A DNA stretch of 63,628 bases, filler included, from Choristocarpus tenellus KU-1152 (Eukaryota; Protista; Phaeophyceae), in assembly GCA_964200185.2 (NCBI GenBank). It is 9 parts of 9 records of this genome, joined end to end, with 100 filler letters (N's around TTAATTAATTAA, not from the genome) between each part and the next. Parts side by side here need not be neighbours in the genome. Positions count along the whole stretch, not along the records: positions 16,390 to 27,758 come from CAXNAD020002362.1; positions 27,859 to 35,480 come from CAXNAD020005860.1; positions 35,581 to 43,524 come from CAXNAD020005358.1; 6 more parts are not named here. One strand, given 5' to 3'. This document shows, in pieces, positions 24,051 through 37,900 of this stretch (position 1 is its first letter; each line of letters opens with the position of its first letter). The notes beneath the pieces are model-generated. The model was not told the DNA's origin and did no database searches. It was given only the letters and a program-made list of their open reading frames with translations. Position numbers and translations under genes: made by a program.

Positions 24051-24554
24051 AGTGAGGTGTAGCACTAACAATATTAAGCATATCCACTAATGTTTTCAAT
24101 TGGATTCTGCTTACTGGTGTGGACCTGTTTCACTTATCTGATGGTAAACAACCCACACAAACAGAACCCCCTCTTTGTGGAGAAAGATAAACTCAATATC
24201 CTTACCACTATCCGACTCACTTGGCATCATTCTTCTCAATGCCTAAGCCCTTCCAATGGTGTGCACTCTTCAGGAACAGTGTCAGCTACCATGATTCATG
24301 CTACGAGATGCATTCTACATGTGATACAACCTGTACTGGTTGCATCAAATATTAGTACTGACACTTATGTCCAAATAGGCTGGATGCAGTCTTCTTGACA
24401 ATACCGCATTTGGAACAAAGCAACCATTCGTACCTCAAATACATAACTAGAGTTAACTTGAGTCAGCTCCGTCCAGAAATATTGTTTATGGTGCCTGTAC
24501 TGCTTGTGTGATCAATCTTAAGAGTAAAGCAGTCAGTATGCATAAAAAATCGAT

Positions 24555-25380
24555 GTTAAGAGTTTGCAAAGTATCATTAGTGAGAGCTGGTCTTCAACTT
24601 CGAGGTGTGTGTCCCCCACTCTGTCTCAGCATTTTTAGATATCTTGAGGTTCTCCCAGATATCCTTGACCCTATAGGATCACTGGTGTCCTCAATCTGCT
24701 GAGTGCTCCATTGTTCAGCTGGGTGAAGAGAGCCCAGATGCACCAGGAGGTCCCGGTCCCACTGGTCTGGATAGAAAGTTGTCAAGGCATTCATTCAGCA
24801 AGTGAGAAGTATGGGAAAAATACAAACTTCATACATATGGGATGATGCTCATAACTGGTCCTGTAACTCCCTACATCATCATCAACTCATTGGACCTTGT
24901 TGAGGTTTTGCCCTTGAGACTGAGCCATTAATTCAGACTTTCTTTCCCACAACAATGAGATCCATCCACCTGGTCGATCATGATGAAGGGATTTACTGGA
25001 GCAGTTATGAACAACACAGGAAATTTTACCACTGCCCTCTGCCAGCCAAACAATATCTCATATATATATGTAGTTGATATTTTTCTCATGCTTCTCACTC
25101 GCTCACTCACTGCCTTGATATTTTTCCATCCAGACCTGAGGGAGCTCCTGGTGCACCTGGACTCTCTTGATCCAGTTGAACGGTACAGCCACTCAGCAGA
25201 TTGAGGAACGCCAGCAGTGCTGTAGGGTAAGGGATATCTGGAAACTCCTGTACATTGGGTGTCTCTGCAAGACATTCTTCAGTAGTTTGGGATGACAGTG
25301 GCAGGGTGTCACACAACGGTAGAAAATGGACATAGATTTTATGGAAGAAGCCAAGCACTTTTGAGAACAAAAGACTTAAC
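24555..25380. repeat. Diverged long inverted repeat (fold-back), centre about 24940
   Basis: CCAGATATCC/GGATATCTGG, CCTCAATCTGCTGAGTG/CACTCAGCAGATTGAGG, TGCACCAGGAG/CTCCTGGTGCA and GTGAGAAG/CTTCTCAC occur in mirror order. Confidence 0.85.
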
Positions 25381-28030
25381 CTAGTGACAGTGGAGGTCGA
25401 AATAGCTGCATTCTGTCATGTTAAAACAGCTTTATTTTAAACACATCATCAAGCAGAAAAGAAGCTGCACACACGGTCACTACTGCCTGTCGATTTTCTG
25501 AGTGGATCTTCCTGTTTAGTTACTTCCAGTATGTAGTGAGTGGTGTTCAGATGCACATGGCATAGCGGGGGAGGGAGATGTTGCAGTGATATAATTAAAT
25601 GACTATGCTATCATATTAAATTGGCCAGGGCAATGATGAATGGTAATTCTAAGCAGTTCGCAGCACTAGATTGACCATAATGACAGGTTTTAAAACACTT
25701 CGTCAAAATTTGTCTACTTCAACGATCTTTGTGAAAGGTGGAAATGATTGACTAGGAAGCCAGTAGCAGCATGCACAATATAATTTTCGATAGCGAAGAT
25801 AGACAATTGTCATTGTTGAAACATCGACTACTCTCCATGTCATTCCTAGATACAGAGTACAGTAGTACCATCAACTTGTGTCGACAGTTGGCCTGTCCAC
25901 TAGTAATTATTCTTCAGGTAGCAAGTATCTACACTGCATGCATAGTGAGTGCCCTGTGGGGTATATGATCATGCCTTACCGTTGCACTTTGCATGGTTTG
26001 CAGTAAGTCTGACACGTTTGGCAGATGTTCAACAGACTCAGTCCGTACATGAGACACATTGGTTGACTAAGAATTAAAATTGAGTCTCTTTTTCTTTTTT
26101 TTCATAGATCAAACACTGATGTCTCTGATTTTATTGTTTTTTATTGAAAGGTGATATCCCCTCTTCTGACTTCGAATATACTCTGCAATAAGTGTACCTT
26201 TACACAAAGCTGGATGGAATATATACAGAGTTAATACACTAGCCCCTTACTCAGAGCATGCATCTCTATCCTAAACCAAAACAACACTGAATAGTACTGT
26301 ACTTCACATCATCCAGTCAACCTCATCATAAAGCATGTCACAAGTATCACAATTGCATACTTTGAGTACCCAATAAGATGTAGCCAACACTCAACAATAC
26401 CATAGATCCACAACTTCAGTTCAATATCTCTTGTTCCAAATCAAGAAATACATTTCCTGACCCTTTCCTTTGGAATCCATGGAACAGGGACCAGGAGAGG
26501 ATGGAGCATGGAGCATATTCGGGGCAGTTTACTTTGCACTTAAGGTAGCACCAGTGCCATTATGACAACACGTTGCTGGTGTAGACCAATGATGCCTTCT
26601 GTAAGAGGGTCTCCAATGTACTTGTACCAATTCAAGAGTTGATGACATACTGCATTACACAGACCAGTGCAATCACCCAGTGGAGATGGTCCAGACATGT
26701 TAGAGAATGCTAGACCGGTCCAGCCAGCAGACATAGACCGGTTCAACATCAAGAAGACATGGACCAGGACATGTTGAATAAGTGTGGCCCCAGTCCAGCT
26801 GGCAGACAGAACCGTTTTAATTTGCCGACCCGGTGAAGAGCCCTGCTTTTTTTTTACATATCCAACCATGAGGTAAGGAGGGTCCTCTCTTGACAGAGTT
26901 CTTCTGAAGGATGGGATCTTCGGCCAGTTCCTGCAAGTCCTGCTCTACTGAATTTGTTCTTAAATTAGGCTCAAGGTGTGGAAAGTAGGGTTGGGTTACC
27001 TGTTATCATACTTTTTTCCATATGCCATATACGGTAATAACAATTGAGGTTCCTTGTCAGAAATCCTGGAGTCCAGTAGAGGGTCTTTAACAAGATTGAG
27101 GCGTGGAATCTTTTCAAGGTCCAAATCCCACAAGTAGTGGATATCTCTCTTCAATCAGACACTTCAAATATCAAATATTCTCTTTGTTGTAAGATTTGAC
27201 ATTTCTGATCTCCCTCTCATGAGATCCTCCCCACTCAACAGTTCTCTGCAGTACTCTGAAACTCCCTGCAGCTCTCTGCAGTTTTGCACTTGTCCAACCT
27301 TAACCTTATCCTCTTGGTTACGGTTCGTCTTGGTCCGTCTTGGTCCATCTTGCTCAGTGATTCTCTTCACCAACCTTCCCTGAGTGGACAATCCTACCTA
27401 CCACAGGGTCATATGATTCATATTGGCGACACTGGTGAATTCACATTTAGGGTGACGGGTAAATTTTTTGCTTGGCCACTGACTGACCAACATGCCTAAC
27501 ACGAGAACCAGCTGAAGAATTCATCGTCAACAAGAACATATTCTTGGTGAACTTGTCAATAAGAACATATAATCTTGTTAAACTTGAGGAAACAAAAAAA
27601 GAGGGGCAGAAGGCTGTCAAGAGCAATTCAATTCAATCCAGAACGTGGAGGCATCCACGAATCGTGACTCAGACACAGGTTTTGTTAAAACATAGGCTAC
27701 TCATCTGTTTGTCCCTTGATGCGATACAGTTCCACCAGTCAACACTGACTGGTGATTGNNNNNNNNNNNNNNNNNNNNNNNNNNNNNNNNNNNNNNNNNN
27801 NNTTAATTAATTAANNNNNNNNNNNNNNNNNNNNNNNNNNNNNNNNNNNNNNNNNNNNCCAAATGGACGCGGCCCTACCCTCTAAGGTACTTTGGCTCTT
27901 TGCAACAAATTTTTTAAGTAGGAGGAGATCAACACCCTATACTTAGTTTTTGTTACTCTGTTTGTCTCCCCCCCTACGCACCTCTGTCCATTCACATCCA
28001 ATGGTGCCTCTCTTTGCTTGATACTTGCAG

Positions 28031-31000
28031 ATTTCTGAGAGCAACTTCTGCCAGTTTTTGTGCCGATCTGGGGTGAAAGTCGCCCTTGGCAATGACAAAG
28101 CTGCGGCATTGGTGGAGTCACTTGACCCTCGGGCAACCGGATATATTCGCTATGAGAAATTTCTAGACAAGGTGTGTGACCTCATGTGCACTTACAGTTG
28201 GAAGGAAACTTGACATGGGTTAAGACCTTAAGTTTTAACATAGAGGGGGTGGAGGTGTTGTAAACTTGATCAATACTACAATTTAGCACTATGGAGAGAT
28301 CTTGTTTTATCACAACAGAACAGATTTCATATCGCTCTGAGTTCATGACCTGATTTTTCTCAATTTTGTCTAGGCTACCTCTCCATAAATTGAGACATTT
28401 GCCCTGAATGAAAGAGTATGATAAATTCTTCTATAAAATTATGGTGTGACAAGAAGCGCTGAAGTCCCATGTGATATCCTCGTTTTTCCATGACCTTATT
28501 GTTGCCCTGTTGAGATGTAGCCTGAGCAGAGGTTTTCTTTTAAGAACCTTAAATATTTGGTCCAGAAGTACTCTACTCCCCACTTACCACGTAATGACTT
28601 GGTTTCTTGACCTCTCGATGCTATCCTCTCAGCATTTTACGAAGTATCCCTTCTCTCCTTCCACATGCATCCTAACTATGTGCTGCAGGTGTTTATTGAC
28701 CTTAAACCAGAGGAGGTTAAGGCCCCTCCACCTCCCAAGGTAATTGACACAACCCCGGTCATTCATAGGATTCAAGAAGCGGTCTTACAGGTGGGTTTAA
28801 ATGAGGGAATAACGAATTCCGCACAATACCTTGACCTTAATGTAGTACTATTTCCTGTGATCCGAGGTGGAATGGGGTAGGAGAAAGAATAGAGCTAATA
28901 AAACGATGGCAAAGTGAATGAACACTTGACTTTTTGAGCTACTCCCTCTTAAGACAATCATTTCCTCGCAGACTAGATATTGTGTTGTGGGACCGAGCTA
29001 GCACACTTTGCTCACGTAAGTGTTTAAGTTAAAACACCTAACTCAAATATACTATGCTTTCGGTTGGGTAATTAATTCAAATTGTCTCTCAAATCATGTC
29101 AGCACACTCTGTATGCCTTAGTTTCTAATCTGCGACAAAATAACATAATTGAGAATGTGGAGATGGAGTTTGACTCTGACTACAGATGCACTACTGCTTT
29201 TTACTTAAGTGCCGTCATGGTGACCTTTGAACTTTACAGCTAAGCAGAGGTTAGTATTTCATGCGCATTTCCTCACATGTGTGGGGGGAATAGGCTCTCG
29301 TACTGAAAGAGAGAGAGGTTGACAAAAATGGAAATATGAGTTACCCCATTTTGATCACCAAAGAAACAGATACTAGAAGGGAACTTTAGTTTTTGCCCAT
29401 CCTGTGTCGATGGATCCGTGACAGGGGATGAGGATGGAAACTTCAAACACATCTCATGCAAGAGGGAACTACCCAATACATGATATACCGTTGTCAAATT
29501 CTCGGAAGTTTCTTTGTGTTGGTATAAGAGTTGAACATGCTAAATGTGATTAATCCAAAAAACAATGGATGTTAAATCCATGTATCAACTAGTTTTCCCA
29601 CATGTCCCTTCTTGCTCCACACAAGTCAGCAGCCAAGGGCAGGCCATTCCATGCTCTGTTTCGCTTATCAGATCACACAGGCTCTGGCCTGGTGGTGCCA
29701 GAAACATTTCGCCATACCCTTGTGATGCTTGGAGTCAAGCTGTCACCAGAGGAGACGCAGATGATAATAGATAAGATGGAGACGAGGAAAGATGGCATGG
29801 TTGACTACGAGGGCATGTATCGCCTGCTTCTCGAGACTCCTCCTCCACAGGTACTGACATACAAACTCCTGTCATTTAATACACATCTAGAATCCATGGT
29901 CTAATCAAAGCGAATACATCCTATTCACTCAATGCAAAATACAGGCAATTCTACTTTTGAATTCTGCTGGCTGTCTCGTCCCTTCATTCTTGGTATGTCA
30001 CCTATATTATGCCATTGCACGATTGTATCAAGATTGAAAATCAAGGTACCTTCTGCTACCCTTAACAATAAATTATGCCTTGGAATAATGGCAATGGCAT
30101 CATGTGAGAATTATTGTGATTTTGTCTTAGTTAGAGCATACTCTATGCCTCAACCTGACGATCTCCAGTTGGGCGATTTTGGGTGCTGCTATAGAGTTGT
30201 ACGTTGCATTCAATGCTGTTCCTGCTTCATCCTGAGCTATTTTCCCATCACAGCATCGTAGCAGGTCCTCAGAAGTCAATCTCGTCAGAAGAGGCAAAGG
30301 TATATTACACGTTGATTAAATGCATTATGGTTGTGCAAGCAGAGTTTTGACATAGAAGGTACAAAAATACTGAGCATTAGCTTAGGTTTAACTCCATGCA
30401 GCACTCTTATCTTCACCAATACTCACCAATGTCCCCATCCATGCTTGGATATGACTTCTCAGCATCTCATAAGGCGCCCATCATTGACACCATACAACGG
30501 TAGTGGTGTTCTCCAGTGGCCTCCCCCTGCCGTCCTGCCCACAACAGAATTCAGTTCCAACGTTTTAGGACTTCCTGGAGGTGGGAGCGGTGGTGTTGGA
30601 AAAAATGATCCAATCCTTGAAGATATCTCATCGCGGTGAGAGTGAAAGCTTTGAAAATTCGGCCCTTTGCAAAGGAACATGTTGAGAGATGAATGCCGGT
30701 TCTAAGCAGCAATGTTTTGGCATGCTTGGGTGGGTGTTGAGGGGGATCGAAGAAAGAAGGCAGAAGAGCACGAAGTCTACGACCAATTGCAAGGGAGGAT
30801 ATAATAGCAATCTCTCCTTCTCACTTTCCCTCTCACTTTCCCTCTCTACTTTTTCTAGTTTATCCCTCCTCCTTACATCAACTGAGAAATGTATGAAAGG
30901 AAATGATATACTTCATGTTTCCTCTGCTGCAGTTGTGCCAATTACATGCAAGTGCTGTGTAAGAATTGATCACAAGTAGGTATGAAAAAGACCAAAAATC

Positions 31001-33718
31001 AAAGTAGCAGGGATAGTCGAGTCCTGTCTAGCACCCAGTAGCACGATCCACAATGCTAGTGTATCGATTATCCATTTTATTCTGAGTCATCAAAGACTAC
31101 CGTGCTTCCTACTGCTGTCTTGGCTCCCAGGTCTCTCTACATTTGTTTCGCAAAACTACCCTGAAGCGTCTGGCCCCCAAACCTCAGTAGATCCTCCCAA
31201 CTTTGTGACCCCTTGCCCCTTCAATTGTGACATCCCCACTAAAACGAGGATCCTCTTTCAGGGTGCGCCAGCGGGTCCTAGAGAAAACAACACTATGGGG
31301 ACCCAGCTTCAGTCTCTCTCGCCAGTTTGAGTTTCATGACCCTCGCAACAGGCATGTCAGATAGGGTACTGCTGGGTTTGGTAGTAGATGGAGGAATACG
31401 TCATTAAGTTCAAGCACTGGATTATATTGTAACCACTGACTTGCATGCCTGCCTTGAAATAAAATTTACACGACAAAAAAGAGTTGACTTTACAATCATC
31501 TTACGCTATTGCAGAGCCTCCACCTTGCAGTTTAAAGTAACGGTTGCCAAAAGTCATTTTCCTGTTGTGGTCGCCATGAAATGCATGCAGTCAGGATCGC
31601 ATTATCTGGAAACTTTAAGTGCTCAGATCAGGAATTTGTTCAGATTCAGAATAGGATGCAGTTTCGGGGTAAGTCAGGCTAGAGATATCAGCATCAGCCA
31701 TGCGAATATGAGGCTCAAAAGAACAGTTCTGTGTGGTACGTACTAAGTTCTTAATAAGCTCGATTCCTGTATCTCAGTTTTGAGTTGGAAACATAATAGT
31801 ACTTTTTGGTAGATAGGATTCCTAGATTGCACAGACCGACACCTGAAGTTGCGCCTATCATCAAAGTTACCTTTTGTTTCGTCTCCACATTTGCCATGTT
31901 AACCTTACCACCAAACGAATGGCTTGCAGGGGCATGGTAACAAGTGATGACTTTGTGTCTGTACTGGAGCAGTTGGGTGTACACTTATCTGGTCAGGAAG
32001 TACGCCACCTACAGCACAATTTTGACAGGTGAGGCAATGTGATACAGACTACAATACAACATTGCAAAGACGGGAAGATGAGGGAGAGGATAGATAGCAA
32101 TCAATGTTGATCAAGCATAGAAAGAGCCAGAATAATTGAGAGCTAGGCAAGTTTGGGCCCATTTACACTTTAGGCCATCGTTCCTACCCTGTGCAATACA
32201 TTATTACAATGCAAAATATGCGCAACAGTATACACAAATTGTTATTTCCCCCTTCCATATACAAATTGACACCACAATTCAGCTATGACTCTTTCTAAAA
32301 TTTTACAAAATGGTGTCTCTTCACCATTTTCGGGATCTTTAAGATTCAACCTTGCCGACCCCTCAATTGCTTCGGCTCAAAGGTTGATAAACGATGAAAA
32401 CTAGTACCAAGGGAGACAGGTTGAATAGGATACCAAAGACTCATGTGGAGCAACTAGTTTCTGAGCTAGAATACTGACATTAGCTCGAAGTTCAAGGAAG
32501 CACTTCATGGAGGAAAACTATCATATTGTTGTTCCCACCGATTGGGTGTCACCCACTCTACCTCATGTTTATTGCAGAGACCCTAAGTTCCCTCACTCCC
32601 TTTGTCCATTTTACGGAATCTGATCCCTTCGCTGTCAGGTACGGAGATGGAGCCTTGGACTACATGGACTTCTGCCAGCGGGTTATGTTTGATCAGCAGG
32701 GTATGGAAATGCTGGCAAATAAACTCAATTCTCGCTTTGCTGACCTAAGGTATTTATTTATCTTCTGCATCCCGCAGAACGTTTTCGTTGAGCTGAGATT
32801 GATATTATTCATACTTGAAATATTCTACCAAGTATTTGAGTACTCCATACACTGCGCGTATCATTTCACATCTCAAAAACGAAGCTAGAAACAAGAAGTT
32901 GACACCTGACGTTGACCCTTGGCGTGCTTGGCTCTTGTCGCACAATATTTCGTTTTTTCCAACATGAAAAGGCGCAGGGGTGTCAACACAAGATCTGCAT
33001 TCAACATGTATGACCTCAGCTCGACAGGTTTTGTATCTCGGAGGGATTTCCGTGAGGCAATGAGAAAGTTGCAGGTGTGCTATGAACACATTCGGCTGAG
33101 AGGTGCAAAGTATCTGGAGGGGGGTGGCGGCTGTCCATTTGGGGTCAACTTTTTCATGTCGCTTTTTTTGGGGTGATTTGGTTGCATACGTCCGATGGAT
33201 GATATAAATGCCCTTTTCCTGATTTTGTCCGAAATGGACACCCAGGTGTAGACCCCCCCCCACCCCCAGATACTTTGGGTCAGACAATGACTTCGTTTGT
33301 GAGCCCCTCGCACAAAGTGCCTCAGCACCTCTTTCTGCAGAATTTCAGAACTAAGCCAAACAGGGTAGTAGATCAACATGCATAATGGCCATGTCACCCT
33401 CCTGAAACAAATTCTACCAGCCCCTGTTTGATGGAAGAATTTCCTTATGACCCGCAATGTTTGATAATGTGCTATCACATTAAAACAAGTTAGATACGGC
33501 GAATGGAGTTTCTGTTATCTTCCTTATGCCACCCCCACCTCTGATTCTTAACCTCGTGTGCGAATGATTTGCCCCTCCTCGTACCAGATGCCAATTACTG
33601 AGAACCAACTTCAGTCACTGTGCTCCAAGTTTGGGCAGCTTGGCGACCCAGATGCCATCAGCTATGAGGATCTTTTCTCATTTGTGCAATCTTCCATGCC
33701 CCCTCTCGGCACCAACAG
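28031..33718 (+). CDS. Multi-EF-hand calcium-binding protein (EFCAB6-like), internal part; exons 28031-28171, 28689-28790, 29626-29850, 30463-30635, 31262-31351, 31930-32028, 32639-32749, 32972(or 32978)-33074, 33588-33718
   Basis: In-phase exons encode repeated EF loops: DPRATGYIRYEKF, DHTGSGLVVPETF, ETRKDGMVDYEGM, DPRNRGMVTSDDF, DRYGDGALDYMDF, DLSSTGFVSRRDF. Confidence 0.9.
33102..33281 (+). mobile_element. MITE family A full copy (180 bp) with 3-bp TSD AGA
   Basis: AGA|GGTGCAAAGTATCTGG...CCAGATACTTTGGGTC|AGA. Confidence 0.88.
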
Positions 33719-35409
33719 GTGCATCCTCTCATGTTGCTCTTCATATGGTTTTCTTCGAATATTTTGGATCTCGTGAAGGGCTCAAATTCTACATTTGTAT
33801 TTGTTGAAGGAGTGGAGAGAGGAAGATATTGGGGTCATGTTTATGTTGAGCTATAGGTAAAAGCATGCAAGAAAAGTAAAAAAAAAAGAAGCAGTACTCA
33901 TCTTACAGGATGGGAATATGATCATTATTTGTTCATACCTCTCATGGAAGGGGCAGTTACTGTTCAGACCCCAGATTTTTCCCCTGCATGCGCCCACGTC
34001 CTAAGGAATGGAAATTGTGCATGATCTACTGTTTCTTGGTCGATAAGATAAAGGAATAAGAGTATTTGAATTTACCATCCCCCTGCTGCCATTCTCATAA
34101 TCCACTCCTGGGATAATCTGTGAAACTTGAACTGTCTGTTCCTGAATCAATCGATGCATTGCCTGAAGCTGGATTGGTGGCTGTCGCCAAGCTGTGGATG
34201 GCAGTGGTTTTGATGGCATTCGCAATGTTAGAAGTGGGCCTATTTTGGCTAAGGACAATGTTGACAGGTATGGACGCCTTTATAGTCTCTTCTTCTCCCA
34301 TCTACTCGCATATAGCATTTTAGCTGGCTCAGTGGTAGACAAGATATGATGATAATGATTGTACAAGTATGAACAGATGTCCAGGCTAGTATTATTGTAG
34401 CACAGGATGATGGCAAGGGCGAAGGACCAAGCTCCACTGTTCCAGATCGGCATTCTGATGCAATGTTTGCCTGTCGTGCTTACCCTTTACAAGAAATGCA
34501 TTCTTAGGTTGAGGTGTGAAGGGTAAGTAGGCACTATCAAGGAGCTGAAATTAAAAGGATAAGTGGTTTGATCATTTTCATTGGTAACCATTTCGTTTCA
34601 CACTGAAAAATAGGGCAACTGAAAACTAGGGGAAGGGCCTTGTACACGGTAGGAAGGCAGAAGGAATGGAAAAGTTTGGCCCGATGCGATGAGTAGACCC
34701 TTCTACACCTGTTGGAAGAAATGTTCCATTTCATATCTTGACGAAGAATGACCTTATGATATTCAGCTGGGCATTGGAACAGTCTCAACTCGTAAGTCTT
34801 TTGATGCATTTTGGTTCTGTGAGACAGACCACATATAGAAATGAAGTCAGAATGATTATTGAACGTTTGAGACCAATAGCATATGTTGTCAAAATTTCTA
34901 CACTTAACTTTTCACAAGCAAAACATTATTTCGACTCATTCTTCTAATGATTTGCACCTCCAGACAAGTGTCAGAATTGAGATCGGAAGTAGATATTGAG
35001 TGAGTCGGTGAGGATGAAATGTGTTACTTTGAAGAATATTATCTCCAGAATATACCATTCTTTAAAGTGCACCATGCATGCAAGAGTGGCCAATTCAACT
35101 CCAAAATTTGACGAAAAAATATAACTGTGTCACCATGAAATTAATGTCCTTACCCTACAACGCAGCAATGGCAAGATAAATCATGACCACCAGAATTCGA
35201 CTGTTCATCGTTTGATTTCCCACCCCATGCAGCCCCCCATTCACCCTGATCTCCGGAGTGACTGAGCTGGACTCAAGCAAATATTCTGACTAGAATAGAT
35301 ATCAAATGTGGTATCTATGCACATGCTGGGCCCCTACTGCGCATGAAATATGTGTATCTCCATTTGGCTTAAGTCCTATCCATTAATATGTATAGGTGCA
35401 TTAGGTACA

Positions 35410-35480
35410 GGCTCAAAGTATCTGGGGGGCGGGGGGCGGGTGGGGTCTACACCAGAGTGTCCATTGAGGCCCTGACCAGA
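35410..35480 (-). mobile_element. MITE family A end at contig break
   Basis: GGCTCAAAGTATCTGGGG then GTCTACACCAGAGTGTCC (reverse complement of the family's right part). Confidence 0.8.
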
Positions 35481-36899
35481 NNNNNNNNNNNNNNNNNNNN
35501 NNNNNNNNNNNNNNNNNNNNNNNNTTAATTAATTAANNNNNNNNNNNNNNNNNNNNNNNNNNNNNNNNNNNNNNNNNNNNCATGCGGGGGTCTGGGTTGT
35601 TATAGAGCCAGATCAAGGATTCCATGCACGAGCTATTGGGGTTCACATTGTGTTTGCTTTCTAGAGCATATTTGGTCTGAAACCTTGATTCTTACTCTCA
35701 ATAAACTATCAAGTATTCAAGCACACACATCTAGTCCATGGAAAGTTTTGAGTCCATGCAAAGGTAGACCCACCGTGGTTACAGAGTCCACATTGACAGC
35801 AGATGCCCCAGGGCAAGTGTGCCATGTTGACTTGGTGCAACATGTAAATCGTTGCATTGGTATAAATGTTGCTCTCCATACAATGAACAGTATGAGTAAA
35901 CCTTCAATCTCGGAATGGCTCAGACACTGATGTAAAGATAGCACAATATATGTAGGATCTCAAGATGATAGATACTTCAAAGCACATGATAGGTAGAGAG
36001 AGGCCCTATATTGGATGAGAAGGAAATAGTAGACATTAGCACATTGAAAGTTATCAACTACATTTGACCAATTCAAGTTGTGGGCTTCACCAGATGACAT
36101 TCACTTACTGAGAAGGTGATTCAAGTGTCAGTTGTAAGAAAAGGTGTACAAAATTGTAAAATTGTACACAAGTATACTTGAAACGGGCTTACAGGGAGTA
36201 CCAACCTTCACGAGGAGATGATACAACACTCACAAGCAAAAAATCAAAAAGTAGCCCTCAGTTCGGATCGACTAACCCTAACCCTCAATGAAACCGCCAC
36301 AGTTCACAAAACTGCACATTCAGCCACTTCGCAAATCTAGAGCAAGACATATGTTTCATAGGACACATTCACTCCCAAGACAAATTGTGTTCCAATTTTG
36401 GACCTGTCATTTCGAATTGATTGACCTTGCCGCAATTTTTCAAGGTTCAAGCTTTGATAAGAATGGTTCCATACATGTCTATCTGTGTCATTCCTCACCT
36501 CTCTGGGTAATGTGCTAGTGCACGTCCACAGAGAACACCAGTCATGGGGTTGAGGTGTTTGAAGCCAAAGCCACTGAAGTCAACAACAATAGACCACTGC
36601 TGGCTCTCCACACATCCCTGTGTTGGCAAAATTTAGCAAGAGAGAGTCGATAGGTAGGTTCAAGATATAACGCACACATGAAAAAAGTAGGGTGATGTGC
36701 AAACATGAAACCTGGTTGATCATGTACAGTGCATGTGGCATATGATGAGGTGAGGGCAAAGGCGTATCCCAAGGATCAGGAGGGGATCAAATCGTCACAG
36801 AAACACAAGGTGACCTCACAACTTGGATCAGCTGTATGTATCAAGAAATAACTGGTAATACAATTGAAAAAGATCACTCAGTGGGGTATTTTTACATTT

Positions 36900-37900
36900 T
36901 GGACTTTGCACTGCTTGTAGCATTACTATAGTATTTTCGTACTCATGAGTATGCCTGTGGATTCTCAACGACTTAGGGATGAGGAGTTAGATTTCAAGTA
37001 TGCTGCCAGTCCATCCACTAGGTACTTCATCAAAATTACAAATGACACATTAAAACAAGAGTGCACAGGAAGAACCAGAGCATGAGGTTCAGCTCATCAC
37101 CCAGCAAGAGAAGGATAGGCATGTCTGGGAGCAGACAAGAATGAAACCCATTTAGCTAACATCTCTGGTTTAACTCAGTTTCAAGGTACACATGAGGGGG
37201 AGAAAACCTTGTATGGCGTGCACACCAGAACCCTTAATGGAGATTCTAAAGTTGTTTGAGGGTGAGACCTACATCATGGGGTCCATCATCATTCCCTACA
37301 CCTGAGACCTAGGAGTGAAACCTAACATGGCAGAGAACTTCTAGACCTTGCACCAACCACCTCTGTTCAGGTGGGGGCAAAGGTAACTACCTGCATGTGT
37401 CTGCACTGAACAGATGGTGGTAGACTTACTTCAACAACATTGACACCAAGCAGGATATTGTTTACTGTTAGGGTCTGCCAGAAAAAGGGTTGAAGTGGAA
37501 GCAGTCACTGCTCTTATGTGGACCACAGAGCAAAACAATCATTAATAATCCCATGTACAACCCCACAAGGACGCACCAATCTGGATCCACATGGAAATTG
37601 AGGTTGTGGATATTGTGGAGGTGGAGCACAAGATACAGGATACTGGGAAAAGCAGCTTGCGTTGGGTAGTACTATGTACCTAACACCAATGTTGGGAGGG
37701 GGCCAACCCTGCCAGAAGGGGCAGAGAGGTTGTTCACTAGAGCTACCCTTGCAATATTCAGAGGAATTTCAGCTTCTCACGAAAGACTGGAAAACAAGGT
37801 CAAGAAGTGCACACCAAACAGGTACCACACCAGGAGGTTGAAACCTCCCAGAAGGTGATAGGTTCCATGACAATCAATGTATAGCGTGGACAATGTAATA
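36900..37900 (+). mobile_element. Possible highly decayed CRE-like LINE relic
   Basis: Only faint frameshifted motifs (VDIV; ERL/GKQGQE resembling GRLGxxG). Confidence 0.25.
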
